Made by a program: the position numbers and the translations under genes
The notes under the pieces: generated by a model
Seen by the model: only the letters and a program-made list of their open reading frames with translations
Told to the model about the DNA's origin: nothing
Database searches by the model: none
In this document: in pieces, positions 15,443-23,389 of the stretch
Position numbering within the stretch: position 1 is the first letter of the stretch
Layout of the letters: each line of letters opens with the position of its first letter
Source of the DNA: Limnohabitans sp. Jir72
GTDB taxonomy: Bacteria > Pseudomonadota > Gammaproteobacteria > Burkholderiales > Burkholderiaceae_C
Direction: 5' to 3'
NCBI RefSeq assembly: GCF_003063575.1
Contig: NZ_NESC01000011.1
Coordinates: 1 to 32,000 of the forward strand
Length of the DNA: 32,000 nt

Positions 15443-16375
15443 ATGACCGCTCTTGTCATTGCAGAACACGACAACGCCTCCATCAAAGGCGCAACCCTGA
15501 ACACCGTCACGGCCGCTGCCGCTTGCGGTGGTGACGTGCATGTGCTGGTCGCTGGCCACAACGCCGCTGCCGCCGCTGCCGCCGCAGCACAAATCGCTGG
15601 CGTGGCCAAAGTGATCCACGCCGACAGCGAAGCGCTGGCGCACGGCCTGGCCGAAAACGTCGCAGCCCAGGTGCTGGCCATCGCTGCCAACTACAGCCAC
15701 ATCCTGTTCCCCGCCACTGCGGCTGGTAAAAACGTGGCCCCCCGCGTGGCAGCCAAACTCGATGTGGCGCAAATCAGCGATGTGACCCAAGTCATCTCGG
15801 CCGACACCTTCGAGCGCCCCATCTACGCTGGCAACGCCATCGCCACGGTGCAAAGCGCTGACGCGACCAAAGTCATCACCGTGCGCACCACCGGCTTTGA
15901 TGCCGCAGCCGCCACGGGTGGCAGCGCCGCTGTGGAAGCCGCAGCCGCCCAAGCCGACAGCGGCAAGAGCAGCTTCACACGCAGCGAAATCGCCAAGAAC
16001 GACCGCCCTGAGCTGACGGCAGCCAAGATCATCGTCTCGGGTGGTCGCGCTTTGGGCAGCGCCGAGAAGTTCAACGAAGTGATGACGCCCCTGGCCGATA
16101 AGCTGGGTGCGGCCATCGGTGCCAGCCGCGCGGCGGTGGACGCGGGCTACGCCGCCAACGACCTGCAAGTGGGCCAGACCGGCAAGATCGTCGCGCCTCA
16201 GTTGTATGTGGCTTGCGGTATCTCGGGCGCGATCCAGCACTTGGCGGGCATGAAGGACTCCAAGGTGATCGTCGCGATCAACAAGGACCCTGAAGCGCCG
16301 ATTTTCAGCGTGGCGGACTTTGGCCTGGAGGCCGATTTGTTCGCTGCTGTGCCTGAATTGACCCAGGCACTCTGA
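15443..16375 (+). CDS. etfA: electron transfer flavoprotein subunit alpha
   Basis: [11 protein letters not shown] start. C-terminal FAD-binding signature [19 protein letters not shown]. Confidence 0.92.
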   Translation: MTALVIAEHDNASIKGATLNTVTAAAACGGDVHVLVAGHNAAAAAAAAAQIAGVAKVIHADSEALAHGLAENVAAQVLAIAANYSHILFPATAAGKNVAPRVAAKLDVAQISDVTQVISADTFERPIYAGNAIATVQSADATKVITVRTTGFDAAAATGGSAAVEAAAAQADSGKSSFTRSEIAKNDRPELTAAKIIVSGGRALGSAEKFNEVMTPLADKLGAAIGASRAAVDAGYAANDLQVGQTGKIVAPQLYVACGISGAIQHLAGMKDSKVIVAINKDPEAPIFSVADFGLEADLFAAVPELTQAL

Positions 16376-16391
16376 TTTTTCAGCACCTCAC

Positions 16392-16419
16392 AAAAGGCAT
16401 CGTTCGCGATGCCTTTTTT
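16392..16419 (+). terminator. Rho-independent terminator after etfA
   Basis: Stem GGCATCG-ttcg-CGATGCC, flanked by AAAA on the 5' side and TTTTTT on the 3' side. Confidence 0.8.
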
Positions 16420-16450
16420 GTAACCTCACCCAGACTTACCGGAGACTTTC

Positions 16451-18274
16451 ATGAGCTACACCGCACCCCTCAAGGACATGCTGTTCAACATCGAGCACCT
16501 GGCCCGCATCGACCAGATCGCGCAGATTCCCGGCTTTGAAGACGCCGGTTTGGAAACCGCGCAAGCGGTGCTGGAGGAGTGCGGCAAGCTCAACACGGAA
16601 GTGATTGCGCCCCTGAACTGGGAAGGCGACAAGAACCCGTCTTTCCACCACAGCGGCAACCAGGTCACGACGACACCCGGCTTCAAGCAGGCCTACAAGC
16701 AGTTCACCGAAGGCGGCTGGCAAAGCCTGCAGCACCCTGCCGAGTTTGGCGGTCAGGGCTTGCCCAAAACGATTGGTGCAGCTTGTGGCGAAATGCTCAA
16801 CTCGGCCAACATGAGCTTTGCCCTGTGCCCCATGCTGACGGACGGTGCCATCGAGGCTTTGCTCACGGCCGGCTCGGACGACATGAAGGCCAAGTACCTT
16901 GAAAAACTCATCTCGGGTGAGTGGACCGGCACCATGAACCTGACCGAGCCGCAAGCCGGTTCAGACCTGGCGGCCGTGCGCACCCGCGCCGAGCCCCAGC
17001 CCGACGGCACCTACAAAGTATTTGGCACCAAGATCTACATCACCTATGGTGAGCACGACATGGCCGACAACATCATCCATCTGGTGTTGGCCCGTGTGCA
17101 GGGCGCGCCTGAAGGCGTCAAGGGCATCAGCTTGTTCGTGGTGCCCAAGTTCATGGTCAATGGCGATGGCACTTTGGGTGAGCGCAACGACGTGCATTGC
17201 GTCTCCATCGAACACAAGATGGGCATCAAGGCCAGCCCCACAGCAGTGCTGCAGTACGGCGACGGCATGGCGGCGAGCATTGCAGACAGCACCGGACCCG
17301 GCGCTGTGGGCTTTTTGGTCGGTGAAGAAAACCGTGGCCTTGAGTACATGTTCATCATGATGAACGCCGCCCGCTATGCGGTGGGCGTGCAGGGCATCTC
17401 GATCGCCGAGCGCGCTTACCAGCATGCCGTGCAATACGCCCGCGACCGCGTGCAAAGCCGCCCGGTGGACGGCAGCTTGCCCGCAGCGGGCCCCATCATT
17501 CACCACCCCGATGTGCGCCGCATGCTCATGACCATGCGCGCCTACACCGAAGGCTGCCGCTCGCTGGCGTCTGTGGCCGCCGCTGCTTATGACGCGGCGC
17601 ACCACCACCCCGATGCCGAGGTGCGCAAGCAAAACCAGTCTTTCTACGAATTCATGGTGCCGCTGGTCAAAGGCTTCAGCACCGAGATGAGCCTGGAAGT
17701 CACCAGCCTGGGCGTGCAGGTGCACGGCGGCATGGGATTCATCGAAGAAACCGGCTGCGCCCAGTACTACCGCGACGCCAAGATCCTGACCATTTACGAA
17801 GGCACGACCGCCATCCAGGCCAACGACTTGGTGGGCCGCAAGACCTCGCGCGACGGTGGCCAAACCGCCAAAGCCCTGGCCGATCAAGTGGCCCAAACCG
17901 AGGCGCAGCTCACTGCCTCGGGCAACGCCGATGCGCTGGCCATGGCCCGCCGTTTGAAGGCCGCCCGCGAAGCCTTTGTGGACGTGGTCAACTTCGTGGC
18001 GGGCAACACCAAGGCCAAGCCCAACGACGTGTTCGCAGGCAGCGTGCCTTACCTGATGCTCACCGGCAACCTGATGGCCGGTTGGCAAATGGGCCGCGCC
18101 CTGCTGGTGGCTTTGACGCCCGAGGCGCAAGCACAAGACGCGGCTTTCATGGCGTCCAAAGTCACCACGGCGCGTTTCTATGCAGACCACATCCTGGCCA
18201 AAGTGCCCGGCATGCGCGACAGCATCGTGGAAGGTGCAGGCAGCGTGACCGAGCTGGCGCTGGACGCGTTCTGA
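16451..18274 (+). CDS. long-form acyl-CoA dehydrogenase (~607 aa, with C-terminal extension domain)
   Basis: ACAD motifs (GSDLAAVRT; YEGTTAIQANDLVGRK). GGAGA RBS. Sits in an etfBA neighbourhood. Confidence 0.9.
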   Translation: MSYTAPLKDMLFNIEHLARIDQIAQIPGFEDAGLETAQAVLEECGKLNTEVIAPLNWEGDKNPSFHHSGNQVTTTPGFKQAYKQFTEGGWQSLQHPAEFGGQGLPKTIGAACGEMLNSANMSFALCPMLTDGAIEALLTAGSDDMKAKYLEKLISGEWTGTMNLTEPQAGSDLAAVRTRAEPQPDGTYKVFGTKIYITYGEHDMADNIIHLVLARVQGAPEGVKGISLFVVPKFMVNGDGTLGERNDVHCVSIEHKMGIKASPTAVLQYGDGMAASIADSTGPGAVGFLVGEENRGLEYMFIMMNAARYAVGVQGISIAERAYQHAVQYARDRVQSRPVDGSLPAAGPIIHHPDVRRMLMTMRAYTEGCRSLASVAAAAYDAAHHHPDAEVRKQNQSFYEFMVPLVKGFSTEMSLEVTSLGVQVHGGMGFIEETGCAQYYRDAKILTIYEGTTAIQANDLVGRKTSRDGGQTAKALADQVAQTEAQLTASGNADALAMARRLKAAREAFVDVVNFVAGNTKAKPNDVFAGSVPYLMLTGNLMAGWQMGRALLVALTPEAQAQDAAFMASKVTTARFYADHILAKVPGMRDSIVEGAGSVTELALDAF

Positions 18275-18284
18275 CCACTGACTG

Positions 18285-18539
18285 TGAATGGTGCACGGGG
18301 CGTGTGACACGCCCCATCGCCCACGGGGTGGGCTCCTACGAAAGGTGTGCATTTCTCTTTATGAATGGTGCATGGGGCGTGTGCTACACCCCATCGCCCA
18401 CGGGGTGGGCTCCTACGACAAGCGTGCATTTCTCTTTATGAATGGTGTATGGGGCGTGTGCCATGCACCGTCGTCCATAGGGCGGGTTTCTATGAAAGAC
18501 AGGGCATCTTGTTGTAGGAGCGCACCCCGTGCGCGATGG
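18285..18539. repeat. 77-bp tandem array (2 good units plus 1 decayed) each containing a REP-like element, closed by one inverted REP variant
   Basis: Units start at 18285, 18362 and 18439. Each has a GGGGCGTG-tga-CACGCCCC hairpin plus CCATCGCCCACGGGGTGGGCTCCTAC. Inverted variant TGTAGGAGCGCACCCCGTGCGCGATGG at 18513-18539. Confidence 0.85.
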
Positions 18540-18643
18540 TTTGATTAAGTGGGTGGCCCCCACACCACCGCCCTTGTCGCCGCGTCGACACCGATTGATG
18601 CGCTTGTTCTCACACAATAGACCGATATTTTTCAGGAGACTCC

Positions 18644-19597
18644 ATGTCCAAGTTGCCCCCCGTTCTGGCGAACCTGCCGTTCCCCGTCATTGCTTCGCCT
18701 TTGTTCATCATCAGCAACCCCAAGCTGGTGATCGAGCAGTGCAAGGCCGGTGTCGTGGGCTCCATGCCTGCGCTCAATGCCCGTCCTGCCGCGCAACTGG
18801 AAGATTGGCTGGCTGAAATCACCGAGACCCTCGCCGCGTACAACAAAGCCAACCCCGACAAACCTGCTGCGCCCTTTGCGATCAACCAGATCGTGCACAA
18901 GAGCAATGACCGCCTGGACCACGACATGGCCATGTGCGTGAAGTACAAGGTGCCGATCATCATCACCTCCTTGGGTGCGCGTGAAGAGATCAACCAAGCT
19001 GCGCACAGCTATGGCGGTGTGGTGCTGCACGACATCATCAACAACAAGTTTGCCCACAAGGCGATCGAAAAAGGCGCGGACGGCCTGATCGCCGTCGCTG
19101 CGGGCGCCGGTGGCCATGCGGGCGTTAAAAGCCCCTTCGCCTTGATCCAGGAAATCCGCCAATGGTTCGATGGCCCAGTGGCCTTGTCGGGCTCGATTGC
19201 CACGGGCGACGCCATTTTGGCCGCGCAGGCCATGGGCGCCGACTTTGCCTACATCGGCTCGGCCTTCATTGCCACACACGAAGCCCGCGCCGCTGAAGAC
19301 TACAAACAAGCCGTGGTCGATTGCAATTCCGACGATGTGGTCTACAGCAACTTGTTCACCGGCGTGCATGGCAACTACCTGGCGCCTTCCATCCGTGCGG
19401 CCGGTTTGGACCCCGAAAACTTGCCTGAGTCTGACCCCAGCAAGATGAACTTTGGTGGCGACGCCAAGAAGGCCTGGAAAGACATCTGGGGCTGCGGTCA
19501 GGGCATTGGCTCCATCACTTCTGTGGTCAGCACGGCCGAGCGTGTGGCCCAATTCAAGCGCGAGTACCAAGCAGCTCGCGCTCGACTGGCGCTTTGA
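18644..19597 (+). CDS. nitronate monooxygenase (2-nitropropane dioxygenase) family flavoprotein
   Basis: NMO-type TIM-barrel pattern (GSMPALN...; GADGLIAVAAGAGGH). CAGGAGA RBS. Confidence 0.85.
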   Translation: MSKLPPVLANLPFPVIASPLFIISNPKLVIEQCKAGVVGSMPALNARPAAQLEDWLAEITETLAAYNKANPDKPAAPFAINQIVHKSNDRLDHDMAMCVKYKVPIIITSLGAREEINQAAHSYGGVVLHDIINNKFAHKAIEKGADGLIAVAAGAGGHAGVKSPFALIQEIRQWFDGPVALSGSIATGDAILAAQAMGADFAYIGSAFIATHEARAAEDYKQAVVDCNSDDVVYSNLFTGVHGNYLAPSIRAAGLDPENLPESDPSKMNFGGDAKKAWKDIWGCGQGIGSITSVVSTAERVAQFKREYQAARARLAL

Positions 19598-20757
19598 GTT
19601 CAACGGACCGCCTTGTCGCTGAATCAGGCACCCCGCGCACCGTGGGGCGAGCCTGGTTGCTGGACGTCTTCAAGGCGCTGGGCTGTGTGCTCATTGTGCT
19701 GCATCACCTGGCTTTTTATGGGCCGATGTCCGATGTGATGATGCAAGTTTGCCCCGGACTGATCGAGTGGCTGTATGACCGTGCCCGACTGGCGGTGCAA
19801 ATGTTTTTGGTCTGCGGCGGGTTTTTGACCGCAGCGAGTTTTTCCAAAGTTTTGAGCCTGACTGTGCCGGGCAGTCTGACGCTGCTGTGGAGGCGCTACT
19901 TGCGTCTGGCCATGCCTTTGCTGGCTGCTTTGAGTGTGGTGGTGTTGGTGTCTGAAGTCATCCGCCCTCTATTCGACCATGCTTCTTTGTCGGCCTTGCC
20001 CACTTGGGGGCAAGCTTGGGCCCACGTGGCCTTGTCGCAGCATTTGTTGAACATGGAAGCGCTGTCGGCAGGCGTTTGGTATGTGGCGATGGACTTTCAG
20101 CTTTATGCCACAGCCCTGGTGGTGTTTGGGCTGGCCCAGCGATTGGCCGCAGGCACTGCCGCTGTGCCTGCCGTCTGGCGTCAGCGCTTGTGGTTTTTGT
20201 TGACGGCCGGTTCGCTCCTTTGGTGGAGTGGCAACGAAAGTCTGGACGATTACGCGGTGTACTTTTATGGCAGTTATGGGCTGGGTTACCTGGCTTACAA
20301 GAGCAGAGACATCGGGTTCTCGCGAAAGACCTGGGCGCTGGTTGCGGTTTTGGCTGTGCTGGCTTGGTGGCTGGACCCCCATTGGCGATTGGCCACGGCT
20401 TTGTGTGTTGCAGCCTTGCTGGCCCGAGCACCTCAATCGTGGCTCGATGCCCCAAGTGCACACACCCGACTGACGCAGACTGTGCAATGGCTCTCGCAGC
20501 GTTCGTATGCCATTTTTGTCATTCACTTCTCGGTGAGCCTGGCGGTCAACGCGGGGGTGACGCATTTCTGGCCCGAACAAGTGTGGCCCAACGGCTTGGG
20601 CATGTTGGCTTCTTTCGGTTTGTCGCTGTGCGCTGGTGCACTTGTGTTCAAGTGGGTGGAGCAACCGAGGCCCAGCCTGAAGCGCTGGGTGTCATGGGTA
20701 GCGGTGTTCATGGCCAGTGTGGCGCTGGCCATGAAGATCAACGCCATTGCCGGCTGA
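19594..20757 (+). CDS. acyltransferase family 3 membrane protein
   Basis: About 10 predicted hydrophobic helices, with an N-terminal LLDVFKALGCVLIVLHH pattern typical of Acyl_transf_3. The TTG start overlaps the NMO stop. A GTG ~48 nt downstream is an alternative. Confidence 0.7.
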   Translation: MSSTDRLVAESGTPRTVGRAWLLDVFKALGCVLIVLHHLAFYGPMSDVMMQVCPGLIEWLYDRARLAVQMFLVCGGFLTAASFSKVLSLTVPGSLTLLWRRYLRLAMPLLAALSVVVLVSEVIRPLFDHASLSALPTWGQAWAHVALSQHLLNMEALSAGVWYVAMDFQLYATALVVFGLAQRLAAGTAAVPAVWRQRLWFLLTAGSLLWWSGNESLDDYAVYFYGSYGLGYLAYKSRDIGFSRKTWALVAVLAVLAWWLDPHWRLATALCVAALLARAPQSWLDAPSAHTRLTQTVQWLSQRSYAIFVIHFSVSLAVNAGVTHFWPEQVWPNGLGMLASFGLSLCAGALVFKWVEQPRPSLKRWVSWVAVFMASVALAMKINAIAG

Positions 20758-20784
20758 ACGGCAACAGGCGTCGATAAAGCCCGC

Positions 20785-23355
20785 TCAAGCGGTGGCTTTG
20801 ACCTTTTCGGTGATGTAGGCCAGCGCTTCTTCCACCTGGTCGATCAGGATCAGGCACAGGTCACCGTCCGACAAACGGGCCAGCGCCTTGTCGATGGCAT
20901 TGAACTCCCCTTGGATGTCTTCCACATGGCTGGTGCGTTTGGCGCCTTGAAGGCCTTCGCGCAACAGTTTGAGCACCTCACCGTCGGCACGGCCACGTTG
21001 GCAGGCGTCTTGGTAGAGCAACACATCGTCGAAAGCGGCACCGAGGATTTCGGTTTGATCGCGGATGTCTTGGTCGCGCCGATCGCCCGCACCGCTGATC
21101 ACCACCACGCGTTTTTTCGCGGGCATGTTGTCCACGGCTTGCACCAAGGCCTGGATGGCATCGGGGTTGTGACCGTAATCGGCAATCAGGGTGGCGCCTT
21201 GGTAGTCAAAGATGTTGAAGCGGCCGGGCACACCCTGGATGTCGCTGATGAAGGTGGACAGGCCTTGTGCAATGGCATCCCAGGGCACATTCACGGCCCA
21301 GGCTGCGGCCACCGCGGCCATCACGTTTTCTGTTTGAAAGCCGATCTGGCCTTGACGGGTCAAGGGCACATTCGCCAGCGATATGCGGAAAATCTGTTTG
21401 CCCTTTTGGGCCACGATGTCACCGTCATCGGTGAAGACGACCCGCTTGCCTTGGGCGCGGTGTGCGGCCAGCACGGGCTGGTGCATATCGAGTGCGAAAA
21501 AGGTCACGTCGCCGGGGCAGTGGTGCGCCATGGACACCACGGCGGGGTCAGCGGCGTTGAGCACGGCCATGCCATTGGGCTCCACGTTCAGCACGATCAC
21601 GCGCTTGAGCACCGACAGGTCTTCCAGCGTGGTGATGTAGTTCAGGCCCAAGTGGTCGCCAGCGCCCATGTTGGTGACGATGGCCACCTTGCAGCGGTCA
21701 AAGGCCAGGCCTTCGCGCAGCAAGCCGCCACGGGCGGTCTCGAACACGGCCGCATCCACATCGGGATGCATCAGCACATTGCGTGCGCTGCGCGGGCCGC
21801 TGCAGTCGCCGGAGTCGGTCTGGCGGCCGTTGACGTAAACGCCATCGGTGTTGGTCATCCCCACACGCAGGCCTTGGGCCTTGAGCAAGTGCGCGGTCAG
21901 GCGCACGGTGGTGGTCTTGCCATTGGTCCCGGTCACGGCAATCACCGGCACGCGGCCGGTGTCGCCATTCGGGTACATGTGGTCGATCACGGCCTTGCCC
22001 ACATCGCGGCCTTTGCCATATGAGGGGCTGATGTGCATGCGCAAGCCGGGGGCCGCATTGACCTCAACGATGCCGCCGTTTTGTTCTTCCAGTGGGCGCA
22101 TGACGGATTCGCACACCACGTCCACACCGCAGATGTCCAGGCCCACCATTTGGGCGGCCTCGATCACTCGGGCAGCCACTTCGGGGTGCACATCGTCGGT
22201 CACATCGGTGGCGGAGCCGCCGGTGGACAGGTTGGCGTTGTTGCGCAGAATGACGCGGCGGCCCTTGACGGGCACAGACTCGGGCTCCAGGCCCTGCTCG
22301 CGCAAACGGCCAATCGCGATGTCGTCAAAGCGGATCTTGGTCAACGACGTGGAGTGGCCTGTGCCCCGGCGTGGGTCGGCGTTGACCTGGTCTACCAGTT
22401 GGCGCACGGTGTGTTTGCCGTCGCCCACCACCAGGGGTGGCTCGCGGCGCGAAGCGGCCACCAGTTTGTTGCCCACCACCAGCAGTCGGTAATCGTGGCC
22501 GGGCAGGAATTTTTCAACCATCACCACGCCATAACGCACGGCGGTCGCATAGGCGGCGTCAAAAGCTGCGCGGTCGGTGATGTTGACCGACACGCCTTTG
22601 CCCTGGTTGCCGTCTTGCGGTTTCACGACCACGGGCAGGCCCACTTCCAGGGCGATGGTCCAAGCTTCTTCCACGTTGTGGGCAGGGCGGCCCATGGGCA
22701 CAGGCACGCCAGCGGCGTGCAGCAGGCTTTTGGTGAGGTCTTTGTCCTGGGCAATCGATTCGGCAATGGCGCTGGTGCTGTCGATCTCGGCGGCCTGAAT
22801 GCGGCGCTGTTTGGCACCCCAGCCAAACTGCACCAGACTGCCGTCCGTCAGGCGGCGAATCGGCACACCTCGGGCCACGGCAGCGTCCACAATGGCGCCA
22901 GTTGATGGCCCCAGGCGCACGTCTTCGTCCAGCTCGTGCAGTTGGGCAATGGCCGCTTCCAGATCGAAGCCCATGCCAGCGATGGCGGCTTTGCACAATT
23001 GCTCGGCCAGTTCCAGGGCTTGACGGCCCACAGATTCTTCAGAGTATTCAACGACCACTTGGTACACGCCAGGCTCTTGCGTGGGCGTGGTGCGGCTGAA
23101 CGAGATGGGGCAGCCGGCTTGCGTTTGCAGGCCCAGGGTCACCTTTTCAAGCGCATGCGCGATGGTGATGGTCTGCCCGGGGCGCAGGCTGTCAAAGGGG
23201 CCGACTTCGGGGAAGATGCGGCGCAGTTGCTGCTCGATCGGGTGCTGGGCGTTCAAGCCTTGCTCGGCCACTGGGCAGGTGATGATGGCTTCAATGGCCG
23301 TGTGGCGGCTCCACAGATTGGGGCCGCGCAGAGCGCGAATTCGGGACACTTCCAT
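20785..23355 (-). CDS. cphA: cyanophycin synthetase (full length, 856 aa)
   Basis: N-terminal RALRGPNLWS. ATP-grasp motifs VVKPQDGNQGKGV and IVEVNAAPGL. Mur-ligase-like P-loop VTGTNGKTTT, plus NMGAGDHLG and DYGHNP with the C-terminal domain. Confidence 0.92.
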   Translation of the reverse strand: MEVSRIRALRGPNLWSRHTAIEAIITCPVAEQGLNAQHPIEQQLRRIFPEVGPFDSLRPGQTITIAHALEKVTLGLQTQAGCPISFSRTTPTQEPGVYQVVVEYSEESVGRQALELAEQLCKAAIAGMGFDLEAAIAQLHELDEDVRLGPSTGAIVDAAVARGVPIRRLTDGSLVQFGWGAKQRRIQAAEIDSTSAIAESIAQDKDLTKSLLHAAGVPVPMGRPAHNVEEAWTIALEVGLPVVVKPQDGNQGKGVSVNITDRAAFDAAYATAVRYGVVMVEKFLPGHDYRLLVVGNKLVAASRREPPLVVGDGKHTVRQLVDQVNADPRRGTGHSTSLTKIRFDDIAIGRLREQGLEPESVPVKGRRVILRNNANLSTGGSATDVTDDVHPEVAARVIEAAQMVGLDICGVDVVCESVMRPLEEQNGGIVEVNAAPGLRMHISPSYGKGRDVGKAVIDHMYPNGDTGRVPVIAVTGTNGKTTTVRLTAHLLKAQGLRVGMTNTDGVYVNGRQTDSGDCSGPRSARNVLMHPDVDAAVFETARGGLLREGLAFDRCKVAIVTNMGAGDHLGLNYITTLEDLSVLKRVIVLNVEPNGMAVLNAADPAVVSMAHHCPGDVTFFALDMHQPVLAAHRAQGKRVVFTDDGDIVAQKGKQIFRISLANVPLTRQGQIGFQTENVMAAVAAAWAVNVPWDAIAQGLSTFISDIQGVPGRFNIFDYQGATLIADYGHNPDAIQALVQAVDNMPAKKRVVVISGAGDRRDQDIRDQTEILGAAFDDVLLYQDACQRGRADGEVLKLLREGLQGAKRTSHVEDIQGEFNAIDKALARLSDGDLCLILIDQVEEALAYITEKVKATA

Positions 23356-23389
23356 GGGTATGGGTTCCTGTTGTTCTTATGAGGCCGCG

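Noticed and set aside
15113-16240. 375-aa minus-strand ORF antisense to etfA. Similar long antisense ORFs: 16961..18352 (463 aa), 18632..19603 (323 aa), 20911..22905 (370 and 290 aa), 23879..25741 (620 aa), 26065..28038 (291 and 350 aa), 30162..31427 (421 aa) and 11571..13002 (302 and 305 aa).
   Set aside because: All lie opposite genes with unmistakable family motifs. Their products are Arg/Gly/Ala/His-rich with no motifs. Long open antisense frames are expected in high-GC DNA with strong GC3 bias.
18285-18539. Tandem 77-bp array considered as a CRISPR array
   Set aside because: The inter-repeat segments are themselves conserved between units, so there are no unique spacers. The repeated core is the same REP found as inverted pairs elsewhere, there are only about three units, and no cas genes are present.
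18082-18617. Short ORFs (119, 83, 86 and 77 aa) encoding repeated peptides such as IAHGVGSY / VGAHPVGDG
   Set aside because: They are translations of the REP copies in different frames and strands, not genes. The same peptides appear wherever the REP occurs (15320-15420, 30140-30260).
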